DNA from: Spirochaetota bacterium
GTDB taxonomy: Bacteria > Spirochaetota > UBA12135 > COTS27 > CBDBHE01
Length of the DNA stretch: 64,000 bases
Assembly: GCA_965205605.1 (NCBI GenBank)
Contig: CBDBHE010000007.1
Span: forward strand, 64,001-128,000
Direction of reading: 5' to 3'
Shown: positions 48,907 through 58,744 of the stretch, piece by piece
Numbering within the stretch: position 1 is the first letter of the stretch
Layout: each line of letters begins with the position of its first letter
Program-made: the position numbers and the translations under genes
Notes under the pieces: model-generated
Told to the model about the DNA's origin: nothing
Seen by the model: only the letters and a program-made list of their open reading frames with translations
Databases searched by the model: none

Positions 48907-50742
48907 ATGTGTGGCATTTTTGCTTGTATTGGCATTAAAGAAATCCACAAGGTCCTTTTAAACGGATTAAAAAGACTGGAGTATCGAGGGTATGACTCAG
49001 CTGGGATTTCTTTTATTGATAACAATAAAAAACAACTTCGTGTTTATAAAGAGGCTGGGAAAGTCTCAAAACTAGGGGCTAGGATCTCTGAGCTTAATAA
49101 TAAAGAAACACAGGTAGGCATTAGCCATACTCGTTGGGCCACACATGGAAAACCTAATAAAAAAAATGCCCACCCCCATGTAAATAAAAAAAAAACAATT
49201 GCGATTGTTCATAATGGCATCATTGAAAACTACATTGAGCTCAAAGAAGAGCTTCTTAATTTTGGGTATAAAATTATTTCGGAAACTGATTCCGAGTTAC
49301 TCGTTCATTTAATTGACTATTTTTACAAAGGAGATTTAAAAAAAGCTCTTAAAAAAGCTCTTTCAAAAGTAGTCGGTACCTATGGAATCGCTGCTATTTC
49401 AAGAGAAGAACCCAATAAAATTTTTGGAGCCAGAAAAGGTTCTCCTTTAATTGTAGGGGTTAAAAATGGGTCTGCTTTTCTTTCTTCTGACACTGCTTCA
49501 ATTGCCCCTCACACTAAAGAAGTCATTTATTTAGACGACGGAGAAATTATTTCTTTGGAAAAAGAAAGTTATAATATTTCTTCGTTATCCAAAAAATCGA
49601 TCGAAAAGAAAACCACTTATATTGATTTTGATACCACTTCTATTCAAAAAAGAGGGTATGAACATTTTATGTTAAAAGAGATTTTTGAACAAGTAGAATC
49701 AGTTCGAAATACGTTTTTAGGAAGAATCTCTTTAGACAAAGGAACTGTCACTTTAGGGGGACTAAATATGAGTATCACAGAAATTAATAAAATCAAACGA
49801 GTGGTGATTCTTGCTTGTGGGACTTCTTGGCATGCCGCCATGTTAGGCGAATATTTTATTGAAAATTGGGCTAATATTCCTGTAGAAGTTGATTATGCTT
49901 CTGAGTTTACTCACCGAAACTGCATTCTTGAAAAAGACACGTTTGTGATTGTTATTAGTCAATCAGGAGAAACAGCCGACACATTAAGTGCTTTAAGAGA
50001 AGTCAAAAACAGAGGACTTAAAGTTTATGGAATGGTAAATACAGTTGGTTCAAGTATTGCAAGAGAAAGTGATGGAGGCATCTATATTCATGCTGGTCCT
50101 GAAATAGGAGTTGCTTCTACAAAAGCGTTTACATCTCAAGTGGTTGCCTTACTGCTTTTAAGTATTTATTTTGGAAGAGCACGCTTTTTATCCAAATCAA
50201 AGGGTATTGAAATATTAGAAGAAATCAACGACATTCCAAACAAAATAAAAGAAACTCTCCAATTAAAAGACGAAATCAAAAAAGTAAGTGAAAAATATCT
50301 CATCAAAAATCATGCCCTCTACCTTGGAAGAAGCTATAACTTCCCCATCGCTTTAGAAGGTGCTCTAAAATTAAAAGAAATTTCTTATATTCATGCAGAG
50401 GGATACCCTGCCGCTGAAATGAAACACGGTCCTATCGCCTTAATTGATAAAAATATGCCTGTAATTATCATTGCCACTCAAAGTCAACTCTATGACAAAA
50501 CCCTCTCTAACATCCAAGAAATCAAAGCACGGGAAGGTAAAATCATTGCAATTGCCTCTAAAGGGGACTTGAAAATTAAAAATTACTGTGACCACGTACT
50601 TTATGTGCCTCAAACTATGGAAACTCTTTCAACTCTGCTTAATATCATTCCCCTTCAGTTAATCGCTTATTATACCGCTCTTGAAAGAGGGTGCAATGTT
50701 GATCAACCAAGAAATCTTGCTAAATCCGTTACAGTAGAATAA
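48907..50742 (+). CDS. glmS: Glutamine--fructose-6-phosphate transaminase
   Basis: MCGI, EYRGYDSAG, HTRWATHG, SQSGETAD, EMKHGP, PRNLAKSVTVE. Confidence 0.98.
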   Translation: MCGIFACIGIKEIHKVLLNGLKRLEYRGYDSAGISFIDNNKKQLRVYKEAGKVSKLGARISELNNKETQVGISHTRWATHGKPNKKNAHPHVNKKKTIAIVHNGIIENYIELKEELLNFGYKIISETDSELLVHLIDYFYKGDLKKALKKALSKVVGTYGIAAISREEPNKIFGARKGSPLIVGVKNGSAFLSSDTASIAPHTKEVIYLDDGEIISLEKESYNISSLSKKSIEKKTTYIDFDTTSIQKRGYEHFMLKEIFEQVESVRNTFLGRISLDKGTVTLGGLNMSITEINKIKRVVILACGTSWHAAMLGEYFIENWANIPVEVDYASEFTHRNCILEKDTFVIVISQSGETADTLSALREVKNRGLKVYGMVNTVGSSIARESDGGIYIHAGPEIGVASTKAFTSQVVALLLLSIYFGRARFLSKSKGIEILEEINDIPNKIKETLQLKDEIKKVSEKYLIKNHALYLGRSYNFPIALEGALKLKEISYIHAEGYPAAEMKHGPIALIDKNMPVIIIATQSQLYDKTLSNIQEIKAREGKIIAIASKGDLKIKNYCDHVLYVPQTMETLSTLLNIIPLQLIAYYTALERGCNVDQPRNLAKSVTVE

Positions 50743-50820
50743 TTTCAACTGTTGAAATAAAATAGCACCAAAGTACTCCCCCAACTACCTCTCTTTCACG
50801 GTTTCCAATACACACAAAAA

Positions 50821-51043
50821 CCATCTTAGGTGATTACGTTCTAACTTATGCTTGATCTCCGCCATAACCATATTTCATGATCATAACCCAAAATATATAT
50901 TTCATTTAGGCCAAGTCCTTACTTTACATTACCTCACAAATCCAAGTATAAACACCACTTAAGATCTTTATTGTCTCTCATAAGAAAGCCTCTTTCAGGC
51001 TTACTAAAATGAAACATTTTAAACTCTCAATCACCTAAGATGG
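50821..51043. mobile_element. MITE / internally deleted IS, 223 bp
   Basis: Perfect 15-bp terminal inverted repeats CCATCTTAGGTGATT / AATCACCTAAGATGG flanked by CAAAAA on both sides (50815-50820, 51044-51049). Confidence 0.8.
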
Positions 51044-51096
51044 CAAAAAAATCTACTGAATGATACATTTTCTTTAAAATTATAGGGGCTTAAAAA

Positions 51097-51636
51097 ATAC
51101 CAGTACCTGATTATCAAACGTTAATGAAACCAATTTTAGAAATCTCTGTGTCAGAGCAGAAATTTTCAGAAGCAGTTGAGGTAATGGGAAACTAGTTTAA
51201 CCTCTCTGAAGATGACCAAAACGAAACAACAAAGCACGATAAAAACCTATGGAGTATTAGGGTTGGTTGGTCAATCACATATTTGCTAAAAGCGGGACTC
51301 GTTGAGCGATCTAGAAGAAATTATTTTAAAATTACAAAGATGGGAAAGGAGGTTTTGAAAAAGGCTCCCGATAAAATAAACTACCAATATTTATCTCAAT
51401 TATCTGAATCTTTTCGAAATTTTATTAAAGGCAAATCAACCAAAAATACTTACCAAGATGACACTACTAAACTTACTACAGTTTCAAACACAACCCCAGG
51501 AGAACACATTGACACTGCATTTATAGAGATTGAAGAGGTTCTCAAGGGTGATCTTTTAGATCGTATCCGTAAAAACTCTCCGAAGTTTTTTGAGGAATTG
51601 GTGGTGGCCTTATTGTCTGCGATGGGATATTTGTAA
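51097..51636 (+). pseudogene. mrr: Mrr type IV restriction endonuclease, decayed
   Basis: (ATA)PVPDYQTLMKPIL...*...RVGWSITYLLKAGLVE...ITKMG = Mrr N-domain; SPKFFEELVVALLSAMGY then stop; in-frame TAG at 51193. Confidence 0.88.
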
Positions 51637-51972
51637 AAGTCAAACAACCCTACGAAGTCTGCTGGGGAGATGAAGACTTTTTTCTGGACTAAAGTTATGA
51701 TCTCTAGGATAAATCGTTTTTTGGTGCTTTCTGCTGATTTTAATAGGGATACTGACATCTAAAAGAAAACCAAAAAAAGCTAGCGAAATTTTTTTAATCG
51801 ATGAGAAGTCTATCAAAAACCTAGTAACAAAATTAATTTAATACCCTTAATCTCTAAAAGAGAAAATAAGTTTAAAAAAAAATCATTTGATCGTTAAAAT
51901 CTAACTAAATTTAATTAACAGATGATTCTAAAATTGCATAAAAATAAAAAGAATGTAAAAATTCTACTCTAC

Positions 51973-52045
51973 GCTGGCTTAGCTCAATTGGTAGAGCAGC
52001 TGATTTGTAATCAGCAGGTTGCGGGTTCAACTCCCGTGGCCAGCT
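51973..52045 (+). tRNA. tRNA-Thr(TGT)
   Basis: GCTGGCT/GGCCAGC acceptor stem, TAGCTCAATTGGTAGAGC D-arm, GCTGA-TTTGTAA-TCAGC anticodon arm, GGTTCAAC T-loop; CCA not encoded. Confidence 0.97.
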
Positions 52046-52046
52046 A

Positions 52047-52073
52047 AGTGTTTTTTTTTAAAAAAAAAACACT
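52047..52073 (+). terminator. Palindromic hairpin after tRNA-Thr
   Basis: AGTG-T9...A9-CACT inverted repeat. Confidence 0.55.
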
Positions 52074-52165
52074 AGTTTAAATTTTTAATAATAAAGTGTC
52101 GATAATTTTATATACTTTACTTTATAATAAAATTTTAAAAAAAAAAAAAATTAGAGACAAAAATA

Positions 52166-53233
52166 ATGGAAAATAGAACAAAAGAAGAAATCGCTTTAGA
52201 CCTCTCCCAAGGAGATGAAAATATTAAAGATAAACTATTAAATGGAGAAATAAAAAATATTTTCATTATCAAGGGTTATTTTGAAGACCAAAATAGAAAA
52301 AGAAAACATTATTTTTCTATGACAATGAAAAAAAACCCTGCAAGTATTCAAAACATAATCGCCACTTCCCCTTCTCTTTCTACAACAGGGCACATCAACA
52401 TAAAAGAAAAATGGGAAAATTTTTTTTCGTTTCAATACGCTCAGTATGCTAGTAAAAATACAAGTAATAAAGAATCAGCTACTGTTATCAAAATACTACA
52501 AAGCATCACAGCTAATAAATTAACTTCTTTATTACACTCTTCTAACTCAAATCGAGATTTGGATCAAATATTAAATTTGTTTTCAGATAATCTCTACAAT
52601 TACACCGGCCAAGATGTTAATTTAAAATGCCACATCGACAATATCAATGAGCTTGAATACATCTATGGGAATCAACAGATCCAGCTAGCAGAACAACAAC
52701 AAAGAGAAACGAAGGATAAAGACGCTAAAGATAATAAAGAACCTGAAGATATTAAGCCAACAGGCCCTAATTTAAGTAGTCTCAATTATTGGAAAGAACG
52801 CTACCCTAATATGGATTTTCTAAAAGCAACTAGCGTTATTAGTATCAAAGGTCAACCTCCAAACTATCATGAAAAAGGGGATAAGCTATATATTAAGCTT
52901 GACATTTCTTCTCCAAAGGAAAAAGAACTTGCAAAAAAACTAAATGTTTATAATGAAAAAACGGATCAAGCTTACAAAGTCGCCTCTACTATTTTAGAAA
53001 TCACTAAAGATAATGTTGAAACTTATCATGTTGTAGCTCAAGTTACAGAAAATAAAGTAGCAAAGATATTAATAGAAGACAAACATGCTTTATTAGCAGC
53101 TCCTACTCCTCCTAAAAAAAAAATGCTTGAAGACGAAATCAAAAGCAATAAAAAAAAATTGTTTAATTTTATTATGGTTGGATCTATCGTTTTGGCTTTT
53201 TTAATAGTCACTTTAATAGCTTTATTTCTCTAG
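52166..53233 (+). CDS. Hypothetical protein with C-terminal membrane anchor
   Basis: 355-aa ORF, charged linker, single C-terminal TM helix. Confidence 0.75.
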   Translation: MENRTKEEIALDLSQGDENIKDKLLNGEIKNIFIIKGYFEDQNRKRKHYFSMTMKKNPASIQNIIATSPSLSTTGHINIKEKWENFFSFQYAQYASKNTSNKESATVIKILQSITANKLTSLLHSSNSNRDLDQILNLFSDNLYNYTGQDVNLKCHIDNINELEYIYGNQQIQLAEQQQRETKDKDAKDNKEPEDIKPTGPNLSSLNYWKERYPNMDFLKATSVISIKGQPPNYHEKGDKLYIKLDISSPKEKELAKKLNVYNEKTDQAYKVASTILEITKDNVETYHVVAQVTENKVAKILIEDKHALLAAPTPPKKKMLEDEIKSNKKKLFNFIMVGSIVLAFLIVTLIALFL

Positions 53234-53908
53234 TTTATTTTTAAAAAAAGCAGCTTCTCTTTGAATAATTTTTAAAAGAGAAGGAATTTTATTTTTTTCA
53301 AAAGAAAAAATCCTTTTTGAAAATATTTTCAAATCTTCTTTGGTGTCAATGCTAATTCTCATTTTTGAATAATGGTATTCTTTAGGTGCTTTTTTAATAT
53401 TAATACAAAAAAGATGTTGGTTACGATAAAGAAACTGAGTTGGGTGTTCTCTCTCAAAAGAATCAACTGCTAAAGAAGCTGCTTTTTTTAAACTAGCTGT
53501 TTTCACGACTTCCACCCCAGCTCCATAAGGTAGCCCTTCAAAATAAGACACGTCATGCCTCACCTTATCATGTAGCCTCACAATTCCAAGCAAGCACTTC
53601 ACTGATGTCAATGGATTATCAGCGGTGACTCTTACAAAAGTGTTTGATGGCACTGCTTCACAAGCTTTTTCGTAACGCAAAAGCAAATCTTCTTCACTGC
53701 CCCCAACAATTAAAAGAGAATATTTTTTTTCTAAAAATGAAAAGGCTTCTTTTTCTTTTTCTGGCACTGCTAAAACAAGTGGCAACTTTGTTAAAAGCAA
53801 ACGATCTAAAAGGTATTCAATGAGAGTCTTATTTTTTACTTTTTTAAAAACTTTTCCATACAGTCTCGCTGAATTAATTCTTGCTTGAATAATAATAGGG
53901 ACTTTCAT
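53222..53908 (-). CDS. SpsF-like cytidylyltransferase
   Basis: IIQARINSARLYGKV, GSEEDLLLRY, VRVTADNP, EREH, SIDTKED. Confidence 0.88.
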   Translation of the reverse strand: MKVPIIIQARINSARLYGKVFKKVKNKTLIEYLLDRLLLTKLPLVLAVPEKEKEAFSFLEKKYSLLIVGGSEEDLLLRYEKACEAVPSNTFVRVTADNPLTSVKCLLGIVRLHDKVRHDVSYFEGLPYGAGVEVVKTASLKKAASLAVDSFEREHPTQFLYRNQHLFCINIKKAPKEYHYSKMRISIDTKEDLKIFSKRIFSFEKNKIPSLLKIIQREAAFFKNKLEK

Positions 53909-55347
53909 ACCTTAAGAGAGGGTGGTTTTAAAGGTTTGAAATTTTTAAGAAAAGGGTTTACCGATGTTTTAATAAAATCTACGGTTATCACATCACTAAG
54001 CCCAATATAATTTTTAGCATTTTTAAGTTTGTTTAATGCTTCTTCTGAAAGATTAAAAGCAGGCTCTGCTGCGATAAGTTGTAAAAGGTTATTATTTTTT
54101 CCTTCTTCTTTAATGCGTTTACCAGCCTCCATTGATAAGACTCGTATCACTTCATGAAGTTTTTGTCGATCTCCACCATTTTTAACACTTTCCATTAAGA
54201 TGTTTTCACTCATCATAAAAGGCAGCTCTTCTTGAAGATGCCTATCAATCATTTTTGGGTAAACAACAATTCCACTACTAATATTGCGATAAATATCTAA
54301 AATAGCATCTACTGCTAAAAAAGCTTGCGGGATCGAAAGTCGTTTATTAGCTGAATCATCGAGAGTCCTCTCAAACCACTGGGTAGATGCTGTGTAAGCT
54401 GTTGTGTGGTTTAAAGCCATCACAAAACGACTAAGAGATCCTATTCGTTCACTTTTCATCGGATTTCTTTTATATGGCATTGCCGAAGAACCTATTTGAT
54501 TTTCTTCAAAAGGTTCTTCTAATTCTTTTTTGTTTTGCAAAAGCCTCATGTCAAAAGCAAACTTCGAAGCACTTTGCCCAAGAGAAGATAAAATAGAAAG
54601 GGCCTTATCATCCAATTTTCTTGTGTAAGTTTGACCTGTAATGAGTAAATTTTTTTCAAAACCACATTTGTTTCGAATGGATTCATCAATTTTTTTAATT
54701 TTTTTTAAATCGCCATTAAAAAGTTTTGCAAAACTTGCTAAAGTGCCTGTGGTTCCTTTGATGCCTCGAAAAGGAAGATCCTCTATAAAATCAATGACTG
54801 CTTGCAAATCTAAAAGAAGCTCTTGAAGCCAAAGACAAGCTCGCTTACCAACAGTAGTCAATTGAGCTGCTTGAAAATGAGTGTACCCTAAAGTAGGTAA
54901 ATCTTTATATTTTAAAGCAAATTTTTTCAAATTAAAAATAATGTCTAAAATCTTACTTTTAAGAAGAAAAAAAGCTTTTTTAATCTGAATCAAATCCGTA
55001 TTATCAACGACATAAGCAGAAGTGGCCCCTAAATGAATGATCGGTGCTGACTTAGGACAAAGATCACAAAAAGCATGAATGTGAGCCATCACATCATGTT
55101 TAAAATTTTTTTCATATTGAGCAATCAATTCATAATCAAATTTTTCTAAGTTTTCTTTCATTTGATCAATTTGCTCTTTTGTAATAGAAAGCCCTTGTTC
55201 TTTTTGAGCTTCTGCTAAATAAACCCACAACTTTCTCCAAGTTGTAAATCTAAAATGAGAAGAAAAAATAAATAACATTTCTTTTGAAGCATATCTTTTT
55301 TCAAGAGGATTTTCATACACATCATTAATTTGATTGTTTTGTTTCAT
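53905..55347 (-). CDS. purB: Adenylosuccinate lyase
   Basis: KHDVMAH, IHLGATS, GSSAMPYKRNPM, QWFERTLDDSA. Confidence 0.97.
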   Translation of the reverse strand: MKQNNQINDVYENPLEKRYASKEMLFIFSSHFRFTTWRKLWVYLAEAQKEQGLSITKEQIDQMKENLEKFDYELIAQYEKNFKHDVMAHIHAFCDLCPKSAPIIHLGATSAYVVDNTDLIQIKKAFFLLKSKILDIIFNLKKFALKYKDLPTLGYTHFQAAQLTTVGKRACLWLQELLLDLQAVIDFIEDLPFRGIKGTTGTLASFAKLFNGDLKKIKKIDESIRNKCGFEKNLLITGQTYTRKLDDKALSILSSLGQSASKFAFDMRLLQNKKELEEPFEENQIGSSAMPYKRNPMKSERIGSLSRFVMALNHTTAYTASTQWFERTLDDSANKRLSIPQAFLAVDAILDIYRNISSGIVVYPKMIDRHLQEELPFMMSENILMESVKNGGDRQKLHEVIRVLSMEAGKRIKEEGKNNNLLQLIAAEPAFNLSEEALNKLKNAKNYIGLSDVITVDFIKTSVNPFLKNFKPLKPPSLKV

Positions 55348-55383
55348 CGAATTCCCTTTTTTATGATCCCTTAATAAATAAAA

Positions 55384-56310
55384 TCAACGTTTTTTTCGCT
55401 TTTTTCTCTTTAAAGCAAGTTTTTCTTTAAACCTAAAAAACACTTCAACTGAAAAAGAATTCTTATTCCCAGCCCAATCTTCACATTCTCCCTCAAAAAC
55501 ATGCCTTTTTTTACGAGGCGTAAAAGCTCCTAAACGATAATTATGCTTAACACCATAAGTTTCTTTAAAAGAGTATTTAGAGGAAACAAGCAGATTTTTA
55601 TTTTCTTTAGTCAAATAAGAAAAATCATAACTCCTTAAGGTTTTTCCATCGACTTTCAAAGTAATTTTTTTTATCCCACACCCTGTATACGAATTAATGG
55701 GTGTTTTTGGAGAATAAAAAGGTTTTAAATCCCAAGCAACTATAAAAAGCTTCATAGTCCCCCCATAATTAAAAAAAGAACGATTCTTAATTTTATAAAT
55801 CTTATTAGCAATAACAGCTAAAATAGCAGGCACACGTGGTTTCACAACATCTTCTATTTTGGGAAGGTATTTTAAAGGATTGACAATACGTCCTTTTTTA
55901 AACTCTTCTAAAAGAAAATGAAGATGCGCTCCAAGTGATCTTCCTGAATTACCAGAAACCGCAAGAAATGTCTCAGGGTAAACTTTTACAAGATCTCTTT
56001 CAACGCTCCCTTTTTTTAAATGATAATAATAACTTCTTACTTCTTCATGTTCGATCACCATTAAATTGCCACAACCTAAAATAAGTTGTAAAGGATTTTT
56101 AGCACGATCTTTGGTAAAAATCACTTCCCCTTCTTTAATAGGGTACACTCTTTGGGTACCGGAAAAATCAATCCCATTATGAAAATGATCCCCTCGAAAC
56201 TCTCCAAAAAGAGACGTGATGCGGTTTCTCCTTACAGGAAACGAAGTCGCCTTCCAATTAGCTTCTAAAAATAAAGGCACTAATAATAAAACAAAAAAAA
56301 TAAGTCTCAT
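55384..56310 (-). CDS. M23-family metallopeptidase
   Basis: FGEFRGDHFHNGIDF, YYHL, SGNSGRS.GAHLHF. Confidence 0.9.
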   Translation of the reverse strand: MRLIFFVLLLVPLFLEANWKATSFPVRRNRITSLFGEFRGDHFHNGIDFSGTQRVYPIKEGEVIFTKDRAKNPLQLILGCGNLMVIEHEEVRSYYYHLKKGSVERDLVKVYPETFLAVSGNSGRSLGAHLHFLLEEFKKGRIVNPLKYLPKIEDVVKPRVPAILAVIANKIYKIKNRSFFNYGGTMKLFIVAWDLKPFYSPKTPINSYTGCGIKKITLKVDGKTLRSYDFSYLTKENKNLLVSSKYSFKETYGVKHNYRLGAFTPRKKRHVFEGECEDWAGNKNSFSVEVFFRFKEKLALKRKKRKKR

Positions 56311-56453
56311 AATTACTAAATTAAATCAATACAAAACGATAGTATTTAGTTTTCATTGTATCAAAATTCCCTTAAAAACACAATTTTTTTAAACAAAACA
56401 GCCAATGGTATAATTAATCTTTAAACAAAACAAATTAAGTTTTAGATTCAAAA

Positions 56454-57332
56454 ATGGCTTTAGAAATTAATGGAGAAATCTTAGATGACGATTTAATCAA
56501 TGAAGAATTAGATCATTTTAAAAAAAAACATGCTCCAGATCTAACTGAAAAAACACTCACTCAAAAAGAACTTTTAAAAAAAGTTAAAAATCATCTCATT
56601 AAAAAAACACTTTTATTTCAAGAAGCTAAAAAAAGTCATACTCATTTCTCTAAGCAAGAAATTGAAAACTTTTACAAAAAAAAAATGCAGTCTTATCAAA
56701 ATGAAAATGATTTCTATACCCTCTACGGTCTATCTTTTTATCAAAAACAAAAAGTAAAACAACATCTTGAGCTTAATATGAAAGTAGAATCTTTATTAGA
56801 AAATTACTGTAAAGACATTCAACCCATCACAAAAGAACATCTAAAAATGTTTTATGAAGATAATTTGTCCTCATACCTTAGTCCAGAAAGTTTTACCTTG
56901 GCTATTTTAGCAACACAAGACAGTCCTAAATTGAAAAAAAAAATCGACTTTATTCAAAAAGAAACAAATCTTATCAAAAAAAAATCAGCTTTTATTAATC
57001 TAATAAAAACCACACCCCCCTTAACAGAAGACTATTTATTAAAAGAAATTCCTAAAAAAGAGATGCTTAAAAACAATCAATTTCAATTAATTCATTTTGA
57101 AGAGGGAGAGATTGCTACAAAAGAAACCACCTATCAAAAAAAAACTTTTGCCATGATCATTAAAAAACATGCGAGGATACTACTTTCTTTTGAAAAAACC
57201 AAGCAAAAAGTTTATCAAGACTTAATCGAAGAGCTAAGAATCCTTAAAGTACAAGCTTACTTAAATCAATTGGAAAAAAATGCTACTATCATCGATGATG
57301 GTACCAATACTAATCTATTTTCTTTTTCTTAG
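56454..57332 (+). CDS. SurA N-terminal/foldase-like protein
   Basis: INGE, LIKKTLLFQEAKK, FYEDN...PE, LSFEKTK, YLNQLEKNATI. Confidence 0.6.
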   Translation: MALEINGEILDDDLINEELDHFKKKHAPDLTEKTLTQKELLKKVKNHLIKKTLLFQEAKKSHTHFSKQEIENFYKKKMQSYQNENDFYTLYGLSFYQKQKVKQHLELNMKVESLLENYCKDIQPITKEHLKMFYEDNLSSYLSPESFTLAILATQDSPKLKKKIDFIQKETNLIKKKSAFINLIKTTPPLTEDYLLKEIPKKEMLKNNQFQLIHFEEGEIATKETTYQKKTFAMIIKKHARILLSFEKTKQKVYQDLIEELRILKVQAYLNQLEKNATIIDDGTNTNLFSFS

Positions 57333-57534
57333 TTGAAAACAAAGGGTTAATTGGAGACAAGAAAATAAGTCCTAAAAAAAAAGAAACCATTAATAGAAGA
57401 CTCACTTGTACTTCTTTAAAAGTCCAACCTAAAAAATTAATTTGCACACGTCTAGAAATATTTTGAACCACAAAAAAAACAATAGCAATAATGAAAACCC
57501 ATCTTAAAATAAGTCGAAATTGATTTTTCCCCAT
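57310..57534 (-). CDS. LapA/DUF1049-like small membrane protein
   Basis: FFVVQN...VQINFLGW...LLLMVSFFLG. Confidence 0.75.
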   Translation of the reverse strand: MGKNQFRLILRWVFIIAIVFFVVQNISRRVQINFLGWTFKEVQVSLLLMVSFFLGLIFLSPINPLFSTKKKKID

Positions 57535-57579
57535 CTTTAATTTAAGTATATAATGTTTACAAATTGACTTTAATAGACG

Positions 57580-58023
57580 ATGTATCTTTTACTTAAAAAA
57601 AAATCTTCTTCAGAAAAAAGCTCAAAAAAAATCGCCAAACTTATTTGGAATACACTAAACTTCAATGACAACATTATTGTTACAGGAGCTCTTGGAGCTG
57701 GAAAATCATTTTTTATTAGAGAAATCCTAAGGCTTTCAAAGGTAAAACCCCCTATCCCTTCTCCTAGCTTTTCTTTAATATTGTCTTATGAAATCTATCT
57801 AAAAAAAAAATGGATTTCCTGTCATCATTTAGACTTATATCGCATTGCAAAAGAAAGCGAATTGTTTGATCTTGGCATCAATGACTATTTAAATCAAAAT
57901 TGTCTTATTTTTATTGAATGGGCCAATCGATTTCCTAATTATTTTAACAAAAAAATAACCAAAGAAATCACCATCAATTTAAAAGAAAATAAACGTGTTA
58001 TTTCCCTTTGGGAATATAATTAA
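57580..58023 (+). CDS. tsaE: tRNA threonylcarbamoyladenosine biosynthesis ATPase
   Basis: GALGAGKS, SPSFSL, HLDLYRI, IEWA. Confidence 0.93.
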   Translation: MYLLLKKKSSSEKSSKKIAKLIWNTLNFNDNIIVTGALGAGKSFFIREILRLSKVKPPIPSPSFSLILSYEIYLKKKWISCHHLDLYRIAKESELFDLGINDYLNQNCLIFIEWANRFPNYFNKKITKEITINLKENKRVISLWEYN

Positions 58024-58744
58024 CATTTTCCCCAAATCCTATTTCTGTTACGTATTCATTATTAGGATCAAGCATTAACTTTCCATCAACTCTATATTTA
58101 TAAAAAGTGCGATTAGAATCAATGTGTTTCTCAATCACCCAATACACCCCTTCTAAACGCATATAATCCACATACGGATCCCAGAGGTTGTCATTCCCTA
58201 TCCAACTGACTTTTTGATAACGCTGATCTTTTAAAAAAAACTTATACACCCTACCTTTAATTCTCTTAGGGCTTTTTTTAATAAAAACCATATCCTTTTC
58301 TAAGTAAAAAGCCGACATCAAAGTCCCATAACGATCATTAACTTGGTGTGATTGACTAGGGTCATTAATCCAAACTTTATTAACAAAAAAACGATAGGTA
58401 TATTCTCCTGCTTTGAGTTCTAAAGGAATAAAAACTTCATAAATACCATAATCTTTTTTTTTCATTTTAAATTTCCTCGTCCAATTTAAAAAGCTACCTG
58501 AAAGAGAAACTGTATCATTCTCTTTACCCCCATAGGTAAATAAAATCCCATCTTGGTATAAAATAGGGACTCCTATCCCCATTTGTTTCTTTTTTAAAAT
58601 AGACTCTCGATACAAAAGATCAACTTTTTGAATGGACTCTATAACAACTCCATCATCTTTTTTAATGAAGGCTTGTTCGAAAGCCATTGAATAATTAACA
58701 AACAAAGCCGTAAGCAAGATGAAATTAAAACTAATTTTAAGCAT
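57998..58744 (-). CDS. Exported tandem CBM48/AMPK-type glycogen-binding domain protein
   Basis: Signal peptide; VSLSGSFLNW...YTYRFFVNKVWINDP and second repeat WIGNDNLWDP...YKYRVDGKLMLDPNN. Confidence 0.8.
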   Translation of the reverse strand: MLKISFNFILLTALFVNYSMAFEQAFIKKDDGVVIESIQKVDLLYRESILKKKQMGIGVPILYQDGILFTYGGKENDTVSLSGSFLNWTRKFKMKKKDYGIYEVFIPLELKAGEYTYRFFVNKVWINDPSQSHQVNDRYGTLMSAFYLEKDMVFIKKSPKRIKGRVYKFFLKDQRYQKVSWIGNDNLWDPYVDYMRLEGVYWVIEKHIDSNRTFYKYRVDGKLMLDPNNEYVTEIGFGENVNYIPKGK

